A program made the translations under genes and the position numbers. DNA of 64,000 bases from Azolla caroliniana (taxonomy: Eukaryota > Plantae > Polypodiophyta), in the NCBI GenBank assembly GCA_043228905.1, contig JBHGNT010000012.1, forward strand, positions 14,694,001 through 14,758,000, in the 5' to 3' direction. The notes beneath the pieces were generated by a model. It did not search any database and had not been told where the DNA came from. It saw nothing but the letters and a program-made list of their open reading frames with translations. Shown here piece after piece: positions 21,962 to 34,700 of the stretch (position 1 is the first letter of the stretch; each line of letters starts with the position of its first letter).

Positions 21962-24900
21962 TGTTGAGCGGGCAAGCTCAACCAGATCCGGATCAACTGG
22001 GTAAGCCAGTGTTGGATCAGTGTTCGGATCAACATCTGGAACCAAGAGCCAGATTCGGAGAGCTGGATCAGGGAGCCAAAACCACGTGTGAACCGGTTGG
22101 CCGTTGGAGATCTACACTCCTAGACTACTAGGTAGTTATCCTAGGAGTTAGTGTCAGTAGCTCAATAAGAGTGTTGAAGTACTTGTCAGTACTTTTGTCA
22201 ATCCTTTAATGGCTTGTGTAAAAGTGCTCACTAAGCACATTGCACGAATAGAGTGTTATTTTTGTAATTGAGTTTATGCTTTTCAAGTCTCTTTGTCTCT
22301 TCCGTGTACTCTGTGTGTAATTTAAGCTTTCCATTAAACCTAGTTCTGGTTATCTGTTGCTATCCGACTGAGCCGATTTGTCCAAGCTTCCGCACATTAA
22401 CTTTCACATGCTATCAAACCGATTACCTATTGCACCACCAAGATCAAGGAGATATGTGATGCACTAGGGTCCATCAACGTGACGGTGGACAAAGACGAGA
22501 TGGTGCAGATCTGCCTCGGTGGTCTAGCACATCGGTATGGGCCAATCTAGACAATGATTTGCATCCAACAAAAACCACCATCTTTCTTTGACCTACAATC
22601 GATGCTAATGGTTGAGGAAAACCACGCGAGTGGGTCGAGGACCACTAAATCGAACAACCAGATGTTGTACACGGCGGTGGATTGGCCCTATGGGCATGGT
22701 GGACGAGGTGGGTCGGCACACAACAATAGTGGCCGATAAGAGCAGAATCGGAGGCACGGAGATAGTGTCGACAATAGTTTCAGACCCTCCACGAGCAGGG
22801 GGAGTCAAGGTGGTGCCCGGAATTGGCTATCGAAAACTGATAAGGAATGCTAGTATTGTGGCAAGAAGGGCCACCAGGAGACCGAGTGTTGGAAGAACCG
22901 CACCGATTCAGACAAATTCGGATCCGGTAATGCCGAACAAGGGAGTCGACAATGCTCACACTACACAGAAGGATCCGAAACCGGAAAGACTGGAAAAGGG
23001 CCAACCTTTGTGATGAAGCACAAGGCGAACTCGATGAGGAAGACCACTTCCAAATCGGAAGAAGTGTGGTACGTTGACTCCAGAGCATCAAACCATATGA
23101 TGAGCCACGAAGTTCGGTTCTCATATCTGAAAAAACCGGAGCAACTGGGAGTTGTCGAAACCAGACACGACACTCCTCCCCAATCGAGCATGTCAGAGAA
23201 GTCCCTTTGAGTCATTTCAGACCAAAGGGAAATTTCATGAATGTTTTACATGTTCTGACAATCATGAAGAACCTGGTGTCAGTCAGACAGATTGTCGAGC
23301 AGGGGATGCAGGTACGGTTTACGCACCTCGGGAAAAGCAAAGTTTTCGACTATTTTCGGAACTTACAGAATTTAGTCAAACAGGAAATGAAGAGGAAGAT
23401 CAAGTGCCTGCGGTTGGATGGCGAAAAAGAATACTTTTCTGGCGAATTCAACAATTATTTGTAGCAGAAACGAATTCAGAGGGAATTAAGCTACCAATAC
23501 ACGCCGGAACAGAACGACGTAGCTGAGAGGAAGAATCAGTCGATCGTCAACATGGCACCGGTAATGTTGGAAGAGAAGAGCATGTGGTCCGGATGGCCGT
23601 ATACATCTAGAATTGGATCGGGGAGAAGGAGTCAGCACACGACCAATATTTCAGGTGCAAGCCCAATTTAAGACACCTTAGGGTATTCTGTAGCATAGCC
23701 TATGTGCATGTACTAGGTGAGGAACGGAGGAAGTTGGATTGGAAGTCAAAGAAGTGCATACTAGTCGGCTACTCACATGAGCAAAAGGGTTATAAGTGTT
23801 ATAACCCCCGGACAAAGAAAGTTTAAGTAAGCCGAGATGTTCAATTTGACGAGTCGACATCATGGTACTCTTTTTCGACTCCAACCCCAACTTTGACTTG
23901 AATCCGAAAGATGAGGCTAGTGAGCCTGACACAATCCAGGCAGAAGAGGAAGAAGAGTTTGGTACTCTAGATGAGAGTCCAATCTCATTTCAGTTGAGCG
24001 GGCCGAACGAGTGACTGAGTTGGAACGACCATTCAGATGAATAGCCAATGTGTAGTGAAGACTCGGCCATGCTCTCCCCGCACAATGAACCGAGGTGATG
24101 GCTCACGCGCAAAGAAAAGGGGAAGAAGAAGTTGCCGGAATATGACACTGGAAGAGATCAGTTGGATCGGAGTGAATCCGACTCCGGAAAGAACGAAGAC
24201 GGACCTTTTGGAACAATGTCCAAGCCAACCAAGAGGTCTTTGAAATCGGCTAATGAGAAATTACGTCGATCGACCCGCCTGAAGAACCCCGTAGAACGGT
24301 ATGGGTATAATGAGTACATGGCGCGCTCACTATGTGTACATGACGAAAGTGGCGGAAGTGTGTGAGCCAAACAACTACGTAGAAGCAACAAAGGACGAAA
24401 TGCGGGCACTCGATGCCAACAACAAATGGGACTTGTTTGACCCTCCCCTACATTGTAATCTGACCGGCTACAATTGGGTATTCAAGGTGAATTTCAATGC
24501 CGATGGTTTGGTCAACCGGTGCAAGGCCCAGTTAGTGGCCAAACGATATGCGTAGACCCACAATATCGACTACAACGAGACCTTCCTTCGGTAGCGAAGA
24601 TGACGATGGTTCGTGTGGTGGTGACAGGTGTTGTGGCAAAGGGGTGGCATCTTCACCAAATGGATGTGAAGAATGTGTTTCTTCAAGGTGATCTTCAAGA
24701 GGAAGTCTATATGATTCAGCCCCCCGGGTTTCAGTCGGAGATGAATAGGTAAGCAGTGTGCCGACTCAAGAGGTCCCTTTATGGCTAGAAATAAGCCCCC
24801 CCTACCTGGAATTCAAAGATAACTCACTGGTTGCATAAGATGGGGTTTGCGGCCTCCATGTTCGAATCCTCGTTGTTCATCCGGAGAGGTCTGGTATGTA

Positions 24901-26829
24901 TCTTGCTAGATGTGGATGATCTAGTCATCACCAGACCCGGACTCGCTGAAATCTACTGCGTGTAGTCCCAGCTGAAATGTTCCGGGAGACCTTCATTACT
25001 TTTTTGGGATCCAAGTGATCCATACCCCGACGGCATATTGCTATCTCAACGACATTATGTTGTGAGTATGTTGTATAAGTTCGGCATGACCAAATGCCGA
25101 CCGGTGTCCACACCCTTAGACCGAAACCTGAAGCTTTCATCCCGACTCCGGACCAGCCTGCAACGAGAGATGGTTCCGACAAGTTTTCGGAAGCCTTATA
25201 TGCTTAACAAATACTCAACCCGACAACAGCTATTCAGTCGGAATGATAAGTCAGTTTATGCAGAAGCCAACCATGGATCACGTTCAGTGTGCGCACCGAA
25301 TACTCAAGTATGTTAGCGGCACTAAGGACCATGGATTATTATACCAACACGGTATAACCGAGAAACTAGTCGGTTATATAGATGCCGACTGCGCCGGTGA
25401 CGTGTCAAATTATCGATCAACTTCCAATTATATGCTTTGTTGCATGGAACATCAAAAAGCAGCCAACAGTGGCTCTATTGAGCGCTAAGGCTGAGTGTCG
25501 GGGCGTTACCGTCGCCACCTATGAGTTCATCTAGCTTCGGCGATTGCTACAAGACCTCCGGATCTAAATACCCTATCTTCCATGCTCGCCAAGAACCAAG
25601 TCTTCCGTGCTCGCACGAAACACATAGAGGTGCATTACCACTTTGTGCGCGAGCGGTTACTCAACAGTGAAGTCGAACTTCGGTATGTTCGGACGGATCG
25701 GCAACTTGCCGACATTTTCACCAAGGCACTTGGAACTAACAAGTTACAACACTTCTCAGAGATGATTGGCATTCAACATCTTGACATACCGCAGTTGGGG
25801 GGCAGAAAGGAGGAAACTGGGAAACAGGCAAATGCATCAGACAATCAGCTGGAGAGAAGGAAACAACCGAAACAAGGGGAGACACGGATGAAAATGAAGC
25901 CGGATCCAAACAAGTTGGAACAAGCGATGACGACGTCAAAGTCAAGAAGGATAGAGCCGACCGGAGGAAGAAATCCAAGACCCGGACATGGTCTGATGTG
26001 GTAAAGGGCCTGATTATCGAGGACGTATTGGAGACAACCAATTCGAACAAGAGTGGGAATGAATCAGATGTAGCCGATTCGGAAGAGCCGAATCAACTGA
26101 AGGCCAAACGATTGAGAAGGCAATGGAAGTTGACATCGACACGGAGTAACTGACGGGTCTAGAAGCGTCGAAGTCATAGTAGTGAAGGAGCTGAGATGGG
26201 CCTTATGAGCCGAGAAGGTCGAAGTGCGCGGAACCGGTTGGGTTGTGGAAAGTGGGACCGGACGGGTCGAGGAGCGCAACCAAGGTAGGAGGATGTGAGC
26301 AGGAGCCAGAGGGAAAGACTGGCCGACACTAACACCACGATTCGATCTCAAGTTGAGGTTGACGGGGAGTGTGGAACGAACAAGCTCAACCAGATCCGGA
26401 TCGGCTGAGTAAGCAAGACTCGGATCGGTGTCAGGAGAAGGGAGCCGGATCCGGAAAGCCAGATCAAAGGGACGAATCGAAGAGCCGGACCCACGTGCAA
26501 ACTGGTAGGTGGTTGGAGTTCTACACTCCTCGACTACTAGGTAGTTATCCTAGGAGTTAGTGTCAGTAGCTCAGTACGAGCATTGAAGTATTTGTCAGTA
26601 CTTATGTCAGTACTTCTATCAGTCCTTCAAGCACTTGTATAAAAGTGCTCATTGAGCACATTGTACGTACATAGTGTTATTTTTGTAATTGAGTTTATGC
26701 TATTCTGCTCTCTCTATCTCTCTCGTGTACTCTGTATGTAATTTAAGCTTTCCATAAAACCTAGTTTTGGTTTTCTGTTGCTATCCAATTGAGCCAGTTT
26801 GTCTAAGCTTCCGCACATTAACTTTCATA
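21962..26829 (+). mobile_element. Degenerate Ty1/copia element W with both LTRs, inserted in the G2 RT
   Basis: LTRs 21962-22408 and 26370-26829; degenerate PBS TGCTATCAAACC at 22409; PPT before 26370; TSD GACAT/GGCAT (4/5); host RT LDA|VA..GVYSFL is split here; deletions in gag and integrase. Confidence 0.9.
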
Positions 26830-28119
26830 GGCATCAAGTAGTCCGTCTGAAAAAAGGTAGCGGAAACACATCTGTGACTGTGGCCCTGTTCAAATTCCGG
26901 TAATGGACACATACCCGGATTTTCCTGTTCTTTTTGGGTATGATGACGATCAAGCTTAGCCACATAGCTTGCTTCATCAGCCTGATGAACGCCACTCGTA
27001 ACAATTTATCCATTTCCTCCTTAAATGCATAATTTGGATTCATCTGGTAGCATCTCTGGGCTACCAGTTTTGCGTCCTTGCTCAGGTGTATTTGGTGTTG
27101 ATACAACTTTGGGTTCAATCCCCGCATATCCTTGTATGACCACGTGAAGACGTCCTTGAATTGTTTTAGCAATTTGTTAATTGCCATCTTCTCTTCCAGT
27201 GGCATTTCCTTGGCCACCTTCACAGGTCATGGTGCCTCACATGTGTTGAGATCTACTTCCTCTAGTGTGGAGGCATTTATTGATGAGACATTGCGAACTC
27301 CCTTTCTAAAGCTTCTTGGGCTTGCTGGAGTTCTCGAATCGTCTCTCGATTCAGTTCATTAGCTTCTTTGTCCCGGTTTGTGACATATGGCGTGACCACG
27401 TCTACTACATCCACCTCTAATAACAACAATATTTTGGTAATTTCCTCCAAATATTGGTCCACCTCCTCATCGGCCAATCCGACCAGCATGTTAATACCTT
27501 CGGCATATGATGGCATTAATTGTTTGCTCATACTGACTTGTTCTTGTGTTGGTACCCGAACCTTGGTTTTGCCTCGCCAATTTTGCTTGATATGTGCCAT
27601 CTTTAGCCAAGGTTTTCCCAAGAATAGGGGATATGCTCCTGGTGCATTTAATTGCAATACGACCACAGGGATCCGGAACGTGTGTCCTCCGATCGTGATT
27701 TCCAAGTTACGGATCAGTCCGGTGGGTCGTACCGAGCTTGTGTCTACCATTCGCACGACTTTGATTCCCGGATCCCCAACGTATCGCATGTTGTTCTGTT
27801 GATTACATTTACTCCTGATCCTCCGTTGATGATTGTGCCGAGCACTTCATTGCCCTTGATGATTACTGTAACAACCAGACTATTGGTGTCCACCACTATT
27901 GGCCCTTTGCTCAGATTTGTGAAGAATGTGGGTGCCATTGCCGGTTTTGGTGGTGACAATGCTGATTTCAGACTTTCAGTGAACCGGGGAACCAATTGCA
28001 ATGGCCAGCCCAATGGCAAGATGATTTGGCATTGTTGTAGTGCTTGCAATGATGGGTCTTCATCTGTAACTCCGGTTCCTTCTTCCGACTACGTGGCTTG
28101 TTCCTACATCTCGTTAAGG

Positions 28120-28772
28120 TTTTTTAATTTTTTAATTTTTTTAAAGAAAGATACACCTTCGTATATTACTTGAGAAATGTACATATAGAAAACAGAAGAA
28201 GACATTTCATCTCACCTCTATAGTAACACAAAGGCGAATACCAACATCTGATCGAATAGATGATATCATATAAGAAACAAGTGAAGCACAAACTACAAAC
28301 TATGCAATAGAAAAGAAGGTATGGCATAATTCCACCTCATACCAGAAGTTGTATCTAAAAATAAGTGAAGCCCTCACCACCGTTTCTTAAATTCCACTTG
28401 ATGTTTCCTTAGACCATCAACTGAACCCTACAAATCATCATATTGCCCATGTAGGTTATGGACAAATAATAGCCGGAATTCAATAAGCATGGTGCGGAGA
28501 TGTATGTGAGCATTATTAAAAATAACATCACATCTCACTTTCCATATTGTCCAAAGAGCTAATGACATAATAGTACGCCAAATAACCAAAATTTCAATTC
28601 TAAACAGTGGAATAAAAGATGGAAATGAAGTGAGATAGAGGTACCCATGGGAAAAGTGAAAGACATGAGAAGCATGCCTACTTTCATACTTCATAACATC
28701 TCCATGAAGGACACCCCATAAAACTGCACCCGACGAGAAAATAGAATGAGAATAATGGTGTCTCAGTAATAG
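28120..28772 (-). mobile_element. 5'-truncated L1-type LINE fragment
   Basis: ORF2 C-terminal motif LWTIWKVRCDVIFN; A-rich tail (T-tract 28120-28142 on plus); degenerate TSD catctcgttaagg (28107) / catctcgtcgatg (28773). Confidence 0.8.
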
Positions 28773-29855
28773 CATCTCGTCGATGTTTCGTTGATTAGCA
28801 TGTTGTATCCACTTCGTAGCTTGTTTGCAGCTCACTTCTTGCATCTCCCATTCGGCAGCTTTTCCTTTTGACCGAGTTGTGACTTGTTGTACATCTGTGA
28901 CTTTAGCGATCATCATATTTACTGTTGGTTGTTTGTCTTTACTCTTACTGGGCATTGAATTCTATAATGCCCCTCCTGTCGGCAATAATAGTAGTATAAC
29001 TTCTGACCCCCATTTGATTCACCTTTTTCTTCACTCATCGGTGGAATATCAGGAACAATCCAATTTGCCTCCTCCAGTCTTCGTTGCTCCAAATGTGGAA
29101 CTAGCTTATTCATATCCAGCCCCCGACGGTACTCCCAATCCGCGTCCCGACGCTCATTCCTTCGATTGAAACTTCCCCTTCGGTGGTTTGAATTGCGGTG
29201 GTGATTATTGTATCCATGCTGATCCAAATATCATCGTTCTCCTCCACGTCTCGGGTCATACTCCATAGAATAGTTCCTTTCGTATCGGTCCCGGAAGTAC
29301 TCGTCTCTCCGTGGGTCCTCATACTGGTATCTACCCTCTGGTCTATATCGGTCCTCTCTTCGGAACCAATGCTTGTCCGGCCACTGTTCATCCCAGGGCT
29401 CGATTTGTCTTATTGGCTGGCATTGCCTGCCGATTCAATAGGTTATACTTGCACCGTTCCCTGGTATGTGTCTTTGAATGACACAATAAACATTGTGACC
29501 ACATCGTGAATTCCAAGGTGGAATGGCCGGGGTTCAGACACGTCGTACATTGAACTACGTGTTGGAACTAAAGCTCCTCCTCTCTAGGTAGTGCATGTTG
29601 TAGGGCTCCCATTGCCATATAATTATCGTTCTAGGCCCTATCCATATCAAGCACCCAGTCAATGACCTCGTCGATAGTACTTGTCCGAAAATCTAACACT
29701 GCCAACATAGTCCAAAGTGGCTCCCGGAGAGCCGCAAGAAATACTGCCTCAGCTTCATCCTCTGGAGGTGCCCTCGTTAGTTGTCTATGCAGTGTGTGCA
29801 ATTGGATGATAAATTGAGGTACGGTTTCATTTGCTTCTTGGCACGTAGTATATAA

Positions 29856-30925
29856 CTATCCGAAGAAGGAGATTGGGTGATTGTCTATGAGAGTAGTTTG
29901 GATCATCAACATACAACAATGTGAAAGTTCGTGAAAAGGTGGTTCGGGCCATACGAGTTTCGGAAAGTTTTCGACAACGGAACTTACCGACTATGCGAGT
30001 TGGATGGAATGATGCTACGAGTGCCTATAGCCGGGAAACGGGTGAAGATTTTCAAGAAGCGGACTAATGAAGAACCCTATGTGATCCTAGACAAGATCGA
30101 CAAGGAGGAGCAATCGGACGAAGATCACGGTGATGCGGAAAGCGAAGAAAGTGGATTACAACTCATCGTCAACTTAAGGGGAGAATCGGAGGAAACTTCG
30201 GATGAAGGTGAATAGCAAGCATCGGGGACTTCGGCACATACTGGAGGATGTGCAGATTTGGAGGGGGCGAGTGTCGTAGTGTGAATCACACACTACGTGA
30301 AATATGTAAAATACTATATCCGATTTAAAGTACGTATAATAAATAAAATAAAATATTTATTACGTGCATAGGGCAGGATTCTAACCTTATACCTCCACGT
30401 AGACAAACCCCAACTTTACCATTGTACTAACTTATCCTTAGTGTTCTAAATATAGATTTAATACCTATAAGACTTTTATTTACGGCTACCTTTTAAAAAA
30501 GGTAAGTCATGCATTTTTAGAGTATGTGAATACTTTATTTATAAGAAAAATGTACACCAATAAAATATTACTCCATGCACATCTAGTGTGCATGAACACT
30601 TTTAGGGAAAGTAGGAAGCCATGATTAGCCTCTCCCATCCTTATATAAGGAGGAGAGAAATATGTATAAGGTTGTTGATTATTTTACAAGGGTTGATTAA
30701 TATAATCTATTCGTGGGATTCACGAATTTGCTAACTATTTTTCTCTCTTAAAGCTGAGTACTCACTAATACACTATACTCGTGGGATTCACGAATTTTTC
30801 ATATCTTTCTTTCTTACAATATATTTCATATTCTTAATTGCCTTATAATTTTCTTTTCTCCTAGTCCAAAACCTCAGTGGTTCCCGCCCGACTCACGCAA
30901 CGATCCGGAGCCGAAAGGCACGACA
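29856..30925 (+). mobile_element. 3' end of a Ty3/gypsy element G3 (integrase C-terminus, PPT, 3' LTR 30272-30925)
   Basis: KRWFGPY..VFDNGTYRL (GPY/F module); PPT GGAGGGGGCGAG; LTR TGTCGT...ACGACA; homologous to 54065-54730. Confidence 0.88.
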
Positions 30926-31534
30926 CCGGCTCTCGGACTATCACCACCTTCATCATGATTGCATAATGATATGCCATGTAGTCATATTAAAATGAAGGTG
31001 CGGAAGTGTTAGACAACCAGCTTAGCCGGATAGCAATAGAGAGAGCGAGAGAGATTAACACACAAAAGGTACGCAGGTGTGACAGAGAAAATGCAGAACA
31101 ACTTAAATCTATTATCAACAACTCTGTAAAATTCTCTGTGTCTACAACGTGCTCAACAACACTATTTATACAAGTCCTAAGAGGATTGATAGAAGTACAG
31201 TGTACTTCAATGCTCACACGAGCGTATGACACTAACTACGAGACATTAACTACCTAGTAGTCTAGGCTACTACTAGGCTTCTAGTTACTGCTTGATCCGG
31301 CTAACCGGCTCCCCAGCTCACCGGCTCGCTTGCTCACCAACTCACCAATCCGGCTCATCCTTCTGGATGCTGATCCGGCTCAGGCTTGTTCAGCCAATCC
31401 GGATCCGGTTGAGCTTGCCGCTCAACACTCCCCCTCAAGCTCAAGTTGAGGTTGGATCGTAGTGTTAGTCTCCATGGCAACTGGTCCTTCCACTCGACTC
31501 CTTTTGGCGTCACTCCGCCTTGCTCGCGCTCCTC
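30272..31534. repeat. Left arm of ~1.25-kb inverted duplication (partner 53497-54730)
   Basis: Reverse complement of the copia Y 3' region, PPT, 3' LTR (30985-31426), 59 bp of copia X and the G3 LTR, with the same junctions. Confidence 0.93.
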
Positions 31535-31746
31535 ACTCACTCCCGATGGAGAAGCTCGATAGATCCAACTATGTATCTTGGTCATACAAGATGCAGCAGT
31601 ACCTGCTTGGGCATGGTTACTGGAGTTATGTCGACGGAGGCAATGACACAGCACCTGATGCGGCACACAAGGACTTCCCAGTGTGGGACCAAGTAACAAG
31701 CAGAGTGATGTATTGCTTTGCATCCATGTCGGAGACCAGTTGCTCA

Positions 31747-34700
31747 GCTATGTCCGAGATGCCAAGACGCCAAAAGAAGCTTGACGAAACCTGAAGAAGG
31801 TTTTCGCAGCGAGCACTATGGCCCGGAAGCTGCAACTCCAACAGAAGTTGAGCAATGTCCGATAGAAGGACATGTCGGTAGCCGATTACACGACCCAAAT
31901 CAAAGAGATTTGTGACTCACTTGCCTCTATTAACGTCACTGTAGAGGAAGATGAGATGTTTCAGATCTGTGTTGGGGGCCTAGCGTCTAAGTTCAAAGCG
32001 CTCCGAACGGTGGGTATGTACAAGGGAGAATACACCGTCATTTTTTGACTTACGGTCGATGCTCCTTGTAGAGGAGAACCACACCGGTGCGTCAACAAGT
32101 CCACCCACCGACATCCGGATGCTGTACACGGAGGTGGATCGGCCCCATGGGCGTGGTCGACGAGGCGGGTCGTCTCGCAATAGTAGCGGCCGACAAGAGT
32201 AGGACCGAAGGCACAGAGAACGTGCCGACCACAATTCCGGACCCTCCACAAGCAGGGGGAGTCAAGGCGCCACCCGAGGCCGGCAAGAAACGACCGACAC
32301 GGAATGCTGGTACTGTGGTAAAAAGGGCCACAGAGAAAGCGAGTGCTGGAAGAAGCGCGCCGATTTAGACAAATCCGAATCCGGCAAGGCTGGAGGAGAG
32401 AACTAGGAATACTCGCACTATGCAGAAGGATCGGGAGGATCCAAAACCAGAAAAGCCGGTAAAGGGCCAGCCAGCCTTGCTGTTGAAACATGAGACTAAC
32501 TCGATGAAGAAGACCACTTCCAAATCGGAGGAAGTGTGGTACGTTGATTCTGGTGCGTCGAATCACATGACGAGCCACAAAGAGTGGTTCTCTTTCTTGG
32601 AGAAATCGGAACAACCGGGAGTCCTCAAAACCGGAGACGACACTCCTCACCCAATCATGCATATCAGAGAAGTCCCTTTGAACCACATCGGACAAAGGGG
32701 GAAGCTGATGAACATATTACATGTTCCGACTATCATGAAGAACCTAGTGTCAGTCGGTCAGATCGTTGATCAGGGGATGCAGGTGTGGTTTACGCACCTT
32801 GGGTGCTTCATCGAGGAAGAGGGCCAAATTATTGTGCAAGGGCACAGAGATGGGAGGATGTTCATCCTCGACACCAATGACGTCGGCACCGCTTTGTTGT
32901 TGGACAGAAGATTGAATTGGATATTGATCTCTAGCACAAGCGGATCGGCCACGTCAATTACCAGAGGCTTCAAGACCTGCAAACGAAACAAGTTGTTTAC
33001 GGTTTGCTGAAGTTCAGTGGCCGGAAGGTCCAAATATGTGAAGCCTGCCAACTCGGGAAGCAACGCCAGGTACCATTCCCCACCGTACAAAACCATAGTA
33101 GTAACAAGCTCGACCTTATTCGTTCGGATGTATGGGAACCGGCACAAAACGTTAGTCTTGGCGGGAGTCGATATTTCGTCTCCTTCATCGACAACTACAG
33201 CCGGCACACATGGATCTACCTCATTGAGTGTTTCCGGAACCTGCAAAGCCTGATTGAACAAGAAACGGAGATGAAGATCAAGTGCCTACGGTCAGATGGT
33301 GGGAAAGAATAGTTTTTCGGCCAATTCAACAGTTATCTGTAGCATAACGGAATTCGGAGAGAATTCAGCTGTAGGTACACATCGGAACAAAATGGTGTGG
33401 CCGAAAGGAAGAACCGGTCGATTCTCGACGCGGCAAGGGCAATGGTGGAGGAGAAGAGCATGCCCCATTTCTACTGGGTTGATGTGGTCCGGACAACTGT
33501 CTACATCTAAAACCGGATCGGTGACAAGGTGTCTGCACATGAGTTGTATTTCAAGCGCAAGCCGAATTTGAGACACCTTCGGATATTCGGTAGCATTGCA
33601 TATGTGTTAATCCTAGGGCCGGAAAATAGCCTAACACAGGGTGTCCTCTTAAGACACTTCACTAAAGGGTGTTACGGCAGATGACTTACGACACAACACT
33701 TAATTAGACCTTAATTGGTTACTTAGCAATACGTCATTAACACGCGTAAGATATAACAATGAGTACAGAACGGTAATCAATACTGAAAGGTTAAGGCAAT
33801 AGGTTCTATTAATTATCCCGTTGTCAATTACATTGTAACAAGGCCTTTATATAGGTCTCCGGTGTGAAGTAAAAAAAGTGCCAACTGGCACCTATTCGGA
33901 ATCAGTCCGGATCCGGATCGGCATACCATTTCCGGTCCGTCCGTCCATATTAATAAAATAATTACAAAAGTTCCCGAATAAACTATTCCTTTCACACTCT
34001 GGTCTGGACATCCTTAAGCCTTCTTGCCGGCCGAGTAACACATGGCATGCCTATGGGATAGTACCTTGTACGTTGAACCCATTATCCGGCCCTGCTACTC
34101 TTCGTCCAAAATGTCCAGAATGCTTTGCTCCAGAATTTCCAATGGCTCGTCGGGAATCTGTAGTTGTTGTTGTGGCTGCTGTTCCGTTTGTGCCTGCTGC
34201 GGTGGCTGCTCTGTTTGTGCCTTCTCCGTTTGAGGCTGCTACTCCGTTTGTTGCTATGTCCGAGATGCCAAGACGCCAAAAGAAGCTTGACGAAACCTGA
34301 AGAAGGTTTTCGCAGCGAGCACTATGGCCCGGAAGCTGCAACTCCAACAGAAGTTGAGCAATGTCCGATAGAAGGACATGTCGGTAGCCGATTACACGAC
34401 CCAAATCAAAGAGATTTGTGACTCACTTGCCTCTATTAACGTCACTGTAGAGGAAGATGAGATGTTTCAGATCTGTGTTGGGGGCCTAGCGTCTAAGTTC
34501 AAAGCGCTCCGAACGGTGGGTATGTACAAGGGAGAATACACCGTCATTTTTTGACTTACGGTCGATGCTCCTTGTAGAGGAGAACCACACCGGTGCGTCA
34601 ACAAGTCCACCCACCGACATCCGGATGCTGTACACGGAGGTGGATCGGCCCCATGGGCGTGGTCGACGAGGCGGGTCGTCTCGCAATAGTAGCGGCCGAC

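Larger units (their letters stand above)
11173..29855 (-). mobile_element. Degenerate non-chromovirus Ty3/gypsy element G2 with extra 3' ORF; hosts the PLE, copia W and an L1 fragment; 5' LTR missing
   Basis: In minus order: gag (29855-28780), protease (28049-27277), RT (27223-26830 and 21961-21400), RNase H, integrase (20715-19346), extra-ORF fragments (~19140-17850 and ~13190-12420), then LTR-like sequence from 11173 resembling the G4 LTR. Inner LTR boundary (~12410) is tentative. Confidence 0.82.
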
